Assembly (NCBI GenBank): GCA_965279515.1
Contig: CBDIID010000003.1
Location: forward strand, 4,768,001-4,832,000
Direction of reading: 5' to 3'
Source of the DNA: Turneriella sp.
Lineage (GTDB): Bacteria; Spirochaetota; Leptospiria; Turneriellales; Turneriellaceae
Length of the DNA: 64,000 nucleotides
Every line of letters starts with the position of its first letter. Position 1 is the first letter of the stretch. The notes beneath the pieces were generated by a model. That model was not told the origin of the DNA. It was given only the letters and a program-made list of their open reading frames with translations, and ran no database searches. The position numbers were made by a program, and so were the translations under genes. This document shows, in pieces, positions 45,504 through 55,201 of the stretch.

Positions 45504-46420
45504 CGCACAATAATCCGAAAAATAAATGGCACGATTAGCATGCCGTTCTCTAATAGCTCTTTCGGCGGTGGGCCGAAGTCGTGTGCCGCGTAGAGCGCCT
45601 CGATGCAAGAGCGGTCCAGGGATTGAAATCCTAATGAGGAAACGAGCTTCGCGTCGCGCACTACACCCTGGTCATCGAGCAGAAACTGGATGTAGATGTC
45701 CTGGCTCGGGAATGTAGCGAAGCGGGTATAACCAGACGCATGCCCCATGCGGTGGTAAGAATCGCCGAAAGTCGGGTAGGGGTCGCCGCCCGGCGGCGCC
45801 CAGACATTCTGGATCTTATTCACCATCGAGCGGAAATAACTGTAATGCGCATAACGCGCCGTCGGTATCGCAGGCCGGCCGGCATAGTCCCACGACAGGG
45901 CGAAATCGTTCCGCCAGCGGTAATACGCCGGTATGCGCATACGCTCTGTCGGAGTCTGTGGTTCGGCCTGCTGTTTTTCCGCGATGGTAATCCGCGTTCG
46001 GCCTTCTTTGGATGTCAGAATCTTTGCGTATTTTTTCGCCGAGACGATGCGCGCCTGCACGCTTTGTTTTTGCCCCGGCGAGAGGACATAGTCATTGGAG
46101 ATCGACTCAAAACCCTTTTCTTTCGTGAGGTCGCCGCGTGCTTCAGAGTCTTTGTCAGACAGGAATTTCACTGTAGAGCGTTTCTTCTTTTTCTCAATGT
46201 AGGTGTTTTCGAGCAGCGCCCGGATAATCTGGTCGCCGCTGACCTGGCTCTTTTCAGATTCGCCGAAAATGAGGTTCCTGAGGTCGAGCTCGAGGTAGAG
46301 GCTCAGCAGTATGCAGAGCGAGAGCAGCGCGGAGAAAAAACGCGCAAATGCGGCGTCAGAAATCCGCTTCGACGGGGTCGAATTTACCGCGTTTTCGGAT
46401 GATGCTTTCGCGAAGGTCAT
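45500..46420 (-). CDS. TonB C-terminal domain protein
   Basis: N-terminal TM; YFRSMVNKIQNVW, SSLGFQSLDRSCIEAL, FGPPP. Confidence 0.8.
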   Translation of the reverse strand: MTFAKASSENAVNSTPSKRISDAAFARFFSALLSLCILLSLYLELDLRNLIFGESEKSQVSGDQIIRALLENTYIEKKKKRSTVKFLSDKDSEARGDLTKEKGFESISNDYVLSPGQKQSVQARIVSAKKYAKILTSKEGRTRITIAEKQQAEPQTPTERMRIPAYYRWRNDFALSWDYAGRPAIPTARYAHYSYFRSMVNKIQNVWAPPGGDPYPTFGDSYHRMGHASGYTRFATFPSQDIYIQFLLDDQGVVRDAKLVSSLGFQSLDRSCIEALYAAHDFGPPPKELLENGMLIVPFIFRIIVR

Positions 46421-47168
46421 TTATAGCCTTATCAACGCCTGTGCCAGCCCGCTTCAGGTGCAGGTCGACGAGGGTGAGGGCTGTCGTATAGTCATTTACG
46501 GCCGCCGTTACCCTTGCACAATTTAATAAATATCGCGGGAGGCGGCTTTTTTGCCAGTCAACCTTGGTACAGAGCTTGGCCGCCGACTTGCCGTCCTTAA
46601 GTTCCAGGGCATAGAGCCTCAGCAGAAAATATTCGGTCTCTTCGTCGCCGGCATGCGTTTCGAGGTAAGCCGTCACAACTTCGCGTGCACGGTCTTTTTC
46701 CTTGAGTTGCAGGTAGATCTGCGCCATACGCCGCAGCGTCACGCCGTCGACGGTGCGCATCGCGCCGGAAATTTTGGACAGGTTTTGCAGCGTCTCGTCC
46801 CGGTCTTTGCGTTTGGAGCTGATTTCGGCAATACGCACAAGCGCGCGCACGCGGTATTTTTCCTTGAGGTCACCCTGTTGTACCGCCTGTTTCAGCATGG
46901 TGAGCGCGATGTCTTCGGTGATCTGTTCTTCAGAGAGCAGCATGCCTTTGCCGTAAAGCGCAAGGGCTTCCTGCGCATTGCTCCTCAGCGCGCGGTCGAA
47001 GAGTTCCAGTGCAGAGGTCTGTTTGCCCTGTTCGAGGCGGAGCAGGCCCTCTTCGGAGAGGGCGCGCGCGCGGCCGCAGCCGCTGCACACGATTAAACAG
47101 AGGGCGAGGACGGGCGCCAGGGCGCCAAGGCCAGTTTTTCTTTTTCCAATGCCGGGATCGTCGATCAC
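46356..47168 (-). CDS. TPR-containing lipoprotein
   Basis: LIVCSGC lipobox-like segment, helical TPR pattern. Confidence 0.7.
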   Translation of the reverse strand: MIDDPGIGKRKTGLGALAPVLALCLIVCSGCGRARALSEEGLLRLEQGKQTSALELFDRALRSNAQEALALYGKGMLLSEEQITEDIALTMLKQAVQQGDLKEKYRVRALVRIAEISSKRKDRDETLQNLSKISGAMRTVDGVTLRRMAQIYLQLKEKDRAREVVTAYLETHAGDEETEYFLLRLYALELKDGKSAAKLCTKVDWQKSRLPRYLLNCARVTAAVNDYTTALTLVDLHLKRAGTGVDKAINDLRESIIRKRGKFDPVEADF

Positions 47169-48112
47169 TTCTTAGGCATCAGGTTGGGCATGCCGGCCTT
47201 GTCGACCAGATCTTCAATACGCGGGAAGAGAGCGTCCACCTTAGACTTTGTCACCGTCAATGGCTGGGCTGTATCAGTGGATTTTACGATGAATTCCTGT
47301 TCTTTGGTCGGGCCGAAAAATTCGACTTCTTTGACTATTCCCGCTGTGAGCGAAATTTTGATCTTTCCGTAAGAGGCAGGCAGCGTGGCTTCCTTGAAGA
47401 ATTTTGCACCGCTCAGATCAGAAATATCAGCCAGGTAAGTGGTGATCCGTGCCTTATCGGTTGCGCGTGCGGGATCCAGCGTCAGCACGCCTTTCTCGTC
47501 TGCTTTAAGGGTAAATTTTTCCTTACCCTCAACCTGGATTTCCTTGATGTTTTCCTTGGCAATGCGCAATATCGCGTGATCGCGGTAGAGATCGAATTCC
47601 TGGTTCCAGTCACCCTTGAGAAAACCCTTCACGGCAAAAACCGCGCTTTCGTCGGCCAGGCGTATGAAGCTGGCATTGCCTGATCCGGAGAACTTACCCA
47701 AAGAAGCTTGCGCTATCTTCTCGCCGTTTTCCCCTTCGAGCACGATCTGGAAATCCTGGTCGCGCACCTCATATTCGCCCTGCTTTTCCTTATTGGAAGA
47801 AACTTCCTGGTAGCGGCGCGCCTCGAAGATGTTCTTGAGTCCGGTTTCGACTTTACCGGTGTCGGCGCGTTGCACTCCCGATGTACCGGGCTGCTCGAGC
47901 GACCAGCCTTCGGTTGTGCGTGTGAAAATGCGCTTGTTTGCGCCGTCAGTTGTCGTGACCTTCTTTACACGTTCGCTGCGGCCCTTGAGCAGCGGTTTGG
48001 ATTTTTCATAGCTGCTCTCAAAGAGCAGAAAGGGATCGTTGACCAGAAAACCCAGGATGAAGGTAACGCCGACGATGGCGGCAAGTATTGTGTTTCGTTT
48101 CTCTCTCGGCAT
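47165..48112 (-). CDS. DUF4340 domain protein
   Basis: N-terminal TM, duplicated domain, position downstream of a GldG-like gene. Confidence 0.75.
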   Translation of the reverse strand: MPREKRNTILAAIVGVTFILGFLVNDPFLLFESSYEKSKPLLKGRSERVKKVTTTDGANKRIFTRTTEGWSLEQPGTSGVQRADTGKVETGLKNIFEARRYQEVSSNKEKQGEYEVRDQDFQIVLEGENGEKIAQASLGKFSGSGNASFIRLADESAVFAVKGFLKGDWNQEFDLYRDHAILRIAKENIKEIQVEGKEKFTLKADEKGVLTLDPARATDKARITTYLADISDLSGAKFFKEATLPASYGKIKISLTAGIVKEVEFFGPTKEQEFIVKSTDTAQPLTVTKSKVDALFPRIEDLVDKAGMPNLMPKK

Positions 48113-48119
48113 ATTAACC

Positions 48120-49778
48120 TCAGGCTTCCTTAGGAGCGAGATTTTTGCGCCGTGTCAGGCGATACGCTCCGAGAATGAGTATAGTGAGCAATGGGATAGC
48201 AAAGGCGAGCAGGGTATAAATCTTACGCTCACCTTCTGTGACAAGTTTCGTCTTGATACGTGGCGCGGATTTTTTCCTCAGCTCGACTAAATCTTCGTTG
48301 CCATGCATGACATCGATCGCAGAGAAGAACAGTTTAATGTTTTCATCGAGCAACGGAACTCCCGTCATTTCGCTGAGGATAAACATCATATTGCTGAGTG
48401 CGTAGGGAGTGCCCACGACAAGAATGCGGCTGTCTTTTTCAGCCGCCTTAAGATAGGTCTTGGGTGCGTCTTTCGGTAAATCTTTACCGTCTGCAAACTG
48501 GCTCTGGAAACGCCCGCTGACCATGACGGCGAGATTGTAAGAACCTGTGTTCTGCTTAGGCGCAGCCAGCATCTCTTCCATTTTACCCGGGTCGAGAAAA
48601 GCGAAGTTGGCCTGCGCCCAGGAGTCATTGGTCGATTTCGCGAGGACATCCACCTTGAATTTGCCGGCACCTTCACCCGGAGGCAGGAGCGCGGGGTTGG
48701 TTTTGATACTGCTGACATAGGGCAGGATCAGCGCCGCATTGCCTTTCGACGCCAGATTTTCCTGGCTCATATTGTCTTTGGGAACCACAACCCATGGTGG
48801 GTAGGGTGACTTGCTCATCTGGAATTGATTTACCGGCTGCACGAAGGGCACAAAAAAGTTCGGCTTCGGTTCATTCACCATATCGCCGGCGAGCTCGATG
48901 CCGTATTTTTTCAGGAATTCGCCCAGGTCGGGATTTCCCGGCGATGCCATAAACTGCTGGCCGAAGTTGACTTCCATGCCCGATGACGCAACGATCAGGT
49001 TTCCGCCACGCATGATAAATTGGTCGAGCCGGAACTTATCCATGGCCTCGAGCTTGCCTGGCTGCACGACCACGAGCGTCGAGACCTCAACGGGAATATC
49101 GGCCGTAGAGGTGTTGACCTCTGCCAGCTCGCCGTAAAACGATGCGATTTTTTCCGCGAAGATAGACACCGATGTCGGATTGCGTTCTTTTTTCTGGTTA
49201 AAAGCGCCGTGCCCGCCCAGCAATGCGACTTTTTTCTCATTGGGTTTGACCATTTTGAAAAGTTTTGCCGTGAGCTGGTTTTCGAGGTCGTGCTGCTCAT
49301 AGAGACCGATAATGTTGTTCAGCGCTTCTGATTTCGTGCCGTAAGAGATTGCGAGACCGAAATAGATGCTCTGCGCCTGCGCTTTTTTAGAGCCGGCCAC
49401 ACGCATGTCGAGTTGCTGTACGTGCAGGTCCTGTGCCCGGGTTTGCGCCGACTTATCGTTGTCGGGGTCGAGCACCGTCAGTTTCATACGGCCGCGCGAG
49501 CTGTTGACGTATTCCTGTACGAAATCGCGCACTTTACGTGAAACGAGCACAGCTTCGTCGGGCAAGTCGTTTGAAACGAAGAGTTCGATCGTCGCCTTTT
49601 CAGGCAGGTTACGCAGCAGGTTCTTCGAAGTGCTTGAAATACGCATCGCGCCGGTCGAAGAGAGGTCAAAGCGCACGAAGGCGCCATAACTTAGCCAGCT
49701 GAACGCAAAAAACAGCGCCACGCTCAGTATCGTGGTCGCGCGCCGTGAAGCGAGAAACAGTTTGATATTTTCCATCAA
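48120..49778 (-). CDS. GldG-like ABC transporter auxiliary protein
   Basis: RFDLS...ISSTSKNLL, YFGLAI, GHG, LDQFIMRGG. Confidence 0.85.
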   Translation of the reverse strand: MMENIKLFLASRRATTILSVALFFAFSWLSYGAFVRFDLSSTGAMRISSTSKNLLRNLPEKATIELFVSNDLPDEAVLVSRKVRDFVQEYVNSSRGRMKLTVLDPDNDKSAQTRAQDLHVQQLDMRVAGSKKAQAQSIYFGLAISYGTKSEALNNIIGLYEQHDLENQLTAKLFKMVKPNEKKVALLGGHGAFNQKKERNPTSVSIFAEKIASFYGELAEVNTSTADIPVEVSTLVVVQPGKLEAMDKFRLDQFIMRGGNLIVASSGMEVNFGQQFMASPGNPDLGEFLKKYGIELAGDMVNEPKPNFFVPFVQPVNQFQMSKSPYPPWVVVPKDNMSQENLASKGNAALILPYVSSIKTNPALLPPGEGAGKFKVDVLAKSTNDSWAQANFAFLDPGKMEEMLAAPKQNTGSYNLAVMVSGRFQSQFADGKDLPKDAPKTYLKAAEKDSRILVVGTPYALSNMMFILSEMTGVPLLDENIKLFFSAIDVMHGNEDLVELRKKSAPRIKTKLVTEGERKIYTLLAFAIPLLTILILGAYRLTRRKNLAPKEA

Positions 49779-50524
49779 TGGCCTCGTCTGAAATTTTGAA
49801 TGCTGATCTTATTCAGGAATAAGAACAATGCAGAGAATGAAATATAATAGAGGATGTCGCGCGTATCTAAAAGGCCGGAAGAAAGCGAGTCGGCATGCCA
49901 TGACACCGAGAGAAATCCCAGCAATTCTTTAAACGGCCCGAAGAATTGCAGCACAGGCTGGTAGCCGAGCAGGTAGATAAAAAGGCAGGCGAGAAAGCTC
50001 AGCAGAAACGCAGTGATCTGGTCGCGCGTCAGCCACGAGATATAAAGGCCGAGCGCGATATACGCCGACCCTGAAAGCCACGCGCCGAGGTATGAGCCGA
50101 TCAGTACCATAATGTCGGGTGAGGCGATGAAGAGTGCAATGAGCGGCAACACCATGGTTGTGGCGAGGGCAATGCCTAAGAAAATCAGCGCCGAGAAGTA
50201 TTTACCCAGGATCAGTTCGAGTTCGTTAAAGGGCAGTGTCAGCAGTAGCTCCACGGTGCCGCTGCGGCGCTCTTCGGCCCACAGGCGCATCGTGATGACC
50301 GGAATAAAAGCCAGGTAAATCAGCTTCAGCATGTCGAACAGGCCCTGCAGCGAGTAACCGCGGTCGAAGAAGCGTGTTATAAAGAAGAAAAGAAAATTCA
50401 CGAGGATGACGAAGATCCCCAGGAAGATATAGCCGATCGGCGTATTAAAATAATTCGCCAGTTCGCGGCGGTAGATGGTTTTGATATTTTTCCAGTCGAT
50501 GTCGATTTTCTTCAGGATATCCAT
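49775..50524 (-). CDS. GldF-like ABC-2 permease
   Basis: RELANYFNTPIGY, TMRLWAEERRSGTVELLLTLP. Confidence 0.9.
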   Translation of the reverse strand: MDILKKIDIDWKNIKTIYRRELANYFNTPIGYIFLGIFVILVNFLFFFITRFFDRGYSLQGLFDMLKLIYLAFIPVITMRLWAEERRSGTVELLLTLPFNELELILGKYFSALIFLGIALATTMVLPLIALFIASPDIMVLIGSYLGAWLSGSAYIALGLYISWLTRDQITAFLLSFLACLFIYLLGYQPVLQFFGPFKELLGFLSVSWHADSLSSGLLDTRDILYYISFSALFLFLNKISIQNFRRGH

Positions 50525-50536
50525 AGTTACTCCGGA

Positions 50537-51469
50537 TCAGTTGGCTTTCATCGTCAGGCGTGCGAACACGTCTTCGATACTCTGTTTTTGCATGAAAAGT
50601 TCGCGCAGCGTCCATTTTTCTACCACGCAGAGTTGAAACAGTTTTTCATTGAAACCGGCGAGGGTTTCTGCGGTGAAGCGGGTCTCGGCGTCGGAAGAGG
50701 ATGCCAGCTGTACGCTTTCACCCGGACCGATGAGGGACTGGATCTTACCGAGCGAGGCTGCCTGGTTGCCCTTGAGAGCGAATTCCCAGGTCTCGCGCCC
50801 TTCTTTCATGCGCTGTATTTTCTCCAGCTTCTCATCGAGCACGATGCGGCCGTCGGCGATAATGATCGCCCGCTCGCAGGTATCTTCAACTTCTTTCAGG
50901 ATATGTGTGCTGAGGATAATGGTTTTCTCTTTCGAGAGCTCGCGGATTAGCTGGCGGATCTCATGGATCTGGTTGGGGTCGAGACCCGATGTCGGTTCGT
51001 CGAGAATTAACACCTGGGGATCGTGGAGCAATGCCGCCGCGAGGCCGACGCGCTGTTTATAACCTTTCGAAAGGTGCATGATGGGCGAATAAAGGTACTT
51101 GCCTAGGTCTGTAACTTTGACTGCCTTTGCAATTCCCTTTTCGGCCGCCGATTTTTCCATATCGCGGCTTTCGGCGATGAACTCCAGGAATTCAGAAACC
51201 AGCATATCGGGATACGAACTGGCGCTTTCAGGCAGATAGCCGATCAGCGCCTGAACTTCTTTGCGGTTTTTTTGTACATCGTGCCCGCCCACGGTCGCAG
51301 TGCCACCTGTGGGTTCATAGAAACCGGTGAGCATCCGCATCGTTGTGGTCTTGCCCGCGCCGTTGGGCCCCAACAGGGCTACAACCTCACCTTTACCGAT
51401 GGAAAAGCTGATTTGTTTGACCGCTTCATAGGTACCAAAGTTTTTCTTTAAGGCCGAAACTGAAATCAT
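50537..51469 (-). CDS. GldA-like ABC ATP-binding protein
   Basis: GPNGAGKT, LSKGYKQRVGLA, LDEPTSGLDP, STH. Confidence 0.93.
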   Translation of the reverse strand: MISVSALKKNFGTYEAVKQISFSIGKGEVVALLGPNGAGKTTTMRMLTGFYEPTGGTATVGGHDVQKNRKEVQALIGYLPESASSYPDMLVSEFLEFIAESRDMEKSAAEKGIAKAVKVTDLGKYLYSPIMHLSKGYKQRVGLAAALLHDPQVLILDEPTSGLDPNQIHEIRQLIRELSKEKTIILSTHILKEVEDTCERAIIIADGRIVLDEKLEKIQRMKEGRETWEFALKGNQAASLGKIQSLIGPGESVQLASSSDAETRFTAETLAGFNEKLFQLCVVEKWTLRELFMQKQSIEDVFARLTMKAN

Positions 51470-51602
51470 GGGCCCTGAGATTAAAACCAAAACTCCCGCG
51501 TCAAGCGCAAAGCAGCGCTGTGGATGCCCAGTCGTCGCGAAGCATTGACGCCCTCTCTGAAATACCGGTTTCGACTAAGGCCTTAGGCCCGGGATAGCTC
51601 GT

Positions 51603-54314
51603 TTGTATAAGACTTTTCGTTTCATCAAAACCTCTTGGATACCCGTGACCGCGGTTGTCACTGCCGTGGCGCTGGGACTCGCCACGCACAAGAACCTCTA
51701 CGCCCAGGCGGAGCGCTACCTCGGCAAAAAAATCAAAAAGATCGAGTTTAAGGGTAACGTTCACGTATCGCGCGATACGCTCTACCAGGATATCGTGCAG
51801 ATGAAAGAGGGACAGACGCTGACGCTGCCTCTTCTGAACGGTGATATTAAGGCAGTCTTTGGCGAGGGTTCGTTTTCCTATGCCCGCGTCGAGGGTGAAG
51901 ATTTAGACGGCGGTGTCGCTATTACCTTCCATGTCCAGGAAAGGCCGCGGGTAAAAGATATCACCTTTCTCGGGCTCGATGAACTGTCAGCCACCGACGT
52001 ACAACAGGCGATTCCGCTCAAGGAAGACGACGTCTTTACAGAGCGTAAGATTGCTGATTCGATCCAGCGTGTGTTGGGCAAATACCGCGAAAAAGGCCTT
52101 TTTAACGCCAGCATCCGTGTGCGCAAAAGCGAAATCGATCCCAAGAAAAATACCATCAATATCACCTTTGTCATCGACGAAGGCGAACACATCAAAATCG
52201 CTAAAATTAACCTTTTGGGTGTAACGAAAGCCGACCCCGAAGATGTGCTGGCGGTTATGGAACTCGAAGAAGACGGCTTTATCGCCGACGGTACGTTCAA
52301 GAACGAAACTTTTGAGAAAGATAAAAACTCCATTTTGGATTTCTACAAGAACCAGGGCTTTCTCGACGTTGAGCTCGAAGACGCCCGTTACGATTACCGC
52401 TGGAAAAACCCCAAAACCCAGGAAGAACGCGTTATCGTCGTTACCTACAAGGTCAAAGAGGGTGATCAGTATTTCTACAACGGCTATGATCTTGCCTGGG
52501 ATGAGCGTTTCCTGAACCCCACCACAAAAAAACAGCTCTTTTCCCGCGATAAGGTCGAAGAATTCTTTGAATACACGACCTCCGATGTTGGCCAGGTGCT
52601 CGATAACGGCAAGTTCACGCGTGACCGTGGCATTGTGAACTACCTCTATTCACAGGAAGGTTATATTTATGCGCGGGTGCAGCCTGAGCGCACCATCATT
52701 TCGCTGACTAAAGAGGGAATTGAAGAGAAAAAAAACTCCCCGCAGCAGAAAGAATCGGAAAAAGACGGCAAGGACTACTACAATCTCAAGAAGCTGACAA
52801 GGATACTCGAGAATAACCCGGAACTCAAGGGGAGAAAATTCGTTCATACGAAGTTTGTCGTGGCCGAAGGCGACAAAGGTTTTATTGAGAATATTATCGT
52901 CAAAGGGAATAAGAAGACCCTCGACAAGGTCATCCGCCGCGAACTCATCATCCACGAAGGTGAGCTGTTTAATTCAGAGTTGGTTCAGCGTTCGCGCGAA
53001 CGCGTGCACAACCTGCAGTTCTTTAAAGAAGTGAACGTCGATGCCCGTCCGGGTTCGAGCGAAGGCAAAATGAACCTTGTCATCGACGTTGAAGAGCAGC
53101 CAACAGGAACTATTTCCCTGGGTGGTGGTTACGGTACCAACACCGGTTTTTCTATTTTCACTGAAGTCGCTGAAAACAACCTCAATGGTACGGGGCAGCG
53201 CGTTTCAGGCCGCGTCGAATTTGGTCCTTTGCGGACCGCCCTCGAAGCGTCGTGGACTGAGCCATGGTTATTTGATAAGCCCTGGTCGCTGACGCTCTCT
53301 GCGTTCTATATCCGCCGGCGGGTGCTTTCAGGTTCGATTAACATCGCAACCAACGACGAATCGGCGACGTATGACCTCGACACACTGGGGTTCACTGTCG
53401 GTATTGGCCACCGCTTCTGGGTGAACTGGGGCCACTACCATCGTTATACGCCGCAGCTTTCCATCGCCGGCAATGCCTCGAGTATGGTGGATGACCCGGT
53501 CTTTCTATTGGTACAGCGCGGCTGGCAGGTGAAGAACACGATTACCAACGGTATCTTCTATGATAACCGCGATAACATCTTTAACACCACGCGGGGTATG
53601 CGCCTTGAATTCTCGCATGATTTTGTCGGTAATGTTCTCGGCGGGCAAGACCACTTCATGCGATATTATCCCCAGGTGGATTACTTCTGGTGGTTGATGG
53701 ACTTCACGTTCTTTAACCTGATCCGTAAAAACGTTCTGCGCCGCTGGCGCATTGTACAGGAAATCCGCGGGTCGGCGACCTTCACACAGCCGACCAAGCC
53801 GGTGTGGACAAGCCAGCAAAATGCGGATAACCCCTATGTAGAAATTCAGGACCGACTCTATATCGGCGGTTATGAAAGTCTCAGGGGCTGGACGCTGTTC
53901 GACTCCTTTTATGGAGATACGCTTGCCGGGCAAACATGGCGGCAGGGTGGTAGCCACCGGATTCTCTTCGGCAGTGAAATCCGTATTCCCGTCGAACCCT
54001 CGCTTTTTTGGCTAGTGCTCTTCTTCGACGCCGGTGCGCTTTACCAGAATTCGAGCGAGTACGCATTCTCTTCTACGACAGCGCAGGCCACGATACAGGC
54101 TTACAGTGATGCAGAGCTCAGCAAGCGTACATTTGCCCTGAGTTATTTCCGTTACAGCTGGGGTTTTGGTTTCCGTCTGCAGATTCCGATTCTGCCACTG
54201 CGTATTTATCTGGCCCAGCGCCTCTTGTGGGATGATAATCTGGGTTGGTTCAAAAACCACCCGCAACAACAGGGCTTTGAATTTGTGTTCGGTATCGGCG
54301 ACCGCCGCTTTTAA
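51603..54314 (+). CDS. bamA: Outer membrane protein assembly factor
   Basis: POTRA repeats (GNKKTLDKVIRRE), beta-barrel, SLRGW, C-terminal Phe. Confidence 0.93.
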   Translation: MYKTFRFIKTSWIPVTAVVTAVALGLATHKNLYAQAERYLGKKIKKIEFKGNVHVSRDTLYQDIVQMKEGQTLTLPLLNGDIKAVFGEGSFSYARVEGEDLDGGVAITFHVQERPRVKDITFLGLDELSATDVQQAIPLKEDDVFTERKIADSIQRVLGKYREKGLFNASIRVRKSEIDPKKNTINITFVIDEGEHIKIAKINLLGVTKADPEDVLAVMELEEDGFIADGTFKNETFEKDKNSILDFYKNQGFLDVELEDARYDYRWKNPKTQEERVIVVTYKVKEGDQYFYNGYDLAWDERFLNPTTKKQLFSRDKVEEFFEYTTSDVGQVLDNGKFTRDRGIVNYLYSQEGYIYARVQPERTIISLTKEGIEEKKNSPQQKESEKDGKDYYNLKKLTRILENNPELKGRKFVHTKFVVAEGDKGFIENIIVKGNKKTLDKVIRRELIIHEGELFNSELVQRSRERVHNLQFFKEVNVDARPGSSEGKMNLVIDVEEQPTGTISLGGGYGTNTGFSIFTEVAENNLNGTGQRVSGRVEFGPLRTALEASWTEPWLFDKPWSLTLSAFYIRRRVLSGSINIATNDESATYDLDTLGFTVGIGHRFWVNWGHYHRYTPQLSIAGNASSMVDDPVFLLVQRGWQVKNTITNGIFYDNRDNIFNTTRGMRLEFSHDFVGNVLGGQDHFMRYYPQVDYFWWLMDFTFFNLIRKNVLRRWRIVQEIRGSATFTQPTKPVWTSQQNADNPYVEIQDRLYIGGYESLRGWTLFDSFYGDTLAGQTWRQGGSHRILFGSEIRIPVEPSLFWLVLFFDAGALYQNSSEYAFSSTTAQATIQAYSDAELSKRTFALSYFRYSWGFGFRLQIPILPLRIYLAQRLLWDDNLGWFKNHPQQQGFEFVFGIGDRRF

Positions 54315-54319
54315 GGCGT

Positions 54320-55201
54320 ATGCCCGCGCGACTCGTTCTGCTGGCGCGTGAAGACCTGACGGAGATACTCCGCCAAATCAACGATGCGGTAAATGCCGGC
54401 TGGTCGCCTGAAAAAGAAGCACTATTGGGCCAGGTTGTCTCGCTCGAAAACCGTTCGTTCCAGAAGCTGGTATTGCCGGTCGCGTGTGACGAAACGCGCC
54501 TGCGCGATGCGGTTTTAGGCGTTGGCGAGGCGCTTGCGGCCTATGCAATCTTACCCGGAGAAAACCGTAATATACGCCTTGCTGTTTTTGACACGGACTC
54601 CACCTTCATCAACCAGGAAGTGATCGATGAAATTGCCGCCTATGCGGGCGTCAAAAAAGAAGTCGCTGAAATTACCGAGCGCGCCATGTTGGGTGAACTC
54701 GATTTTAACGAGGCGCTGCGCGAGCGTGTGCGGTTGCTCAAAGACCTATCTGAATCCGTGCTGCCTGAAATCCGGCGCACCAAACTTTCTTTTACGCGCG
54801 GGGCGAAAGAGTTCAGCGAGTGGCTGCACCGCAAAGGTGCGGCGACGTATCTGCTCTCCGGCGGCTTTTCTTTTTTTACCTCTGCATTCCGCCAGGAACT
54901 CGGTCTCACGGGCCAATTCGCGAATGAACTGGAAATTGTTGACGGGCGCCTGACGGGCAAGACCTTAGGCCCCATCGTGAACCGCGAACGCAAGGCCCTA
55001 TTGCTGAAAGAACTCGCGCTGAAGCATGGCGTCAATCTCGCCGAAACGATTGCCGTGGGCGACGGGGCCAACGACATCGATATGGCAAAAGCCAGCGGAC
55101 TGGGGATTGCCTTCTGTGCAAAGCCTGCGCTCCTCAGGGAAACTTTTGCCGCGGTCTTTGAACGCGACCTGCGCCTGATTGAGCACCTCATACATCCCTG
55201 A
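54320..55201 (+). CDS. serB: Phosphoserine phosphatase
   Basis: FDTDSTFINQEVIDE, TERAMLGELDF, SGGF, GDGAND. Confidence 0.93.
   Translation: MPARLVLLAREDLTEILRQINDAVNAGWSPEKEALLGQVVSLENRSFQKLVLPVACDETRLRDAVLGVGEALAAYAILPGENRNIRLAVFDTDSTFINQEVIDEIAAYAGVKKEVAEITERAMLGELDFNEALRERVRLLKDLSESVLPEIRRTKLSFTRGAKEFSEWLHRKGAATYLLSGGFSFFTSAFRQELGLTGQFANELEIVDGRLTGKTLGPIVNRERKALLLKELALKHGVNLAETIAVGDGANDIDMAKASGLGIAFCAKPALLRETFAAVFERDLRLIEHLIHP

Larger units (their letters stand above)
42655..45506 (-). mobile_element. Integron-like gene cassette array without integrase (CALIN-like)
   Basis: Three co-oriented, AT-richer cassettes separated by related palindromic sites; two have self-complementary ends. 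Confidence 0.75.
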
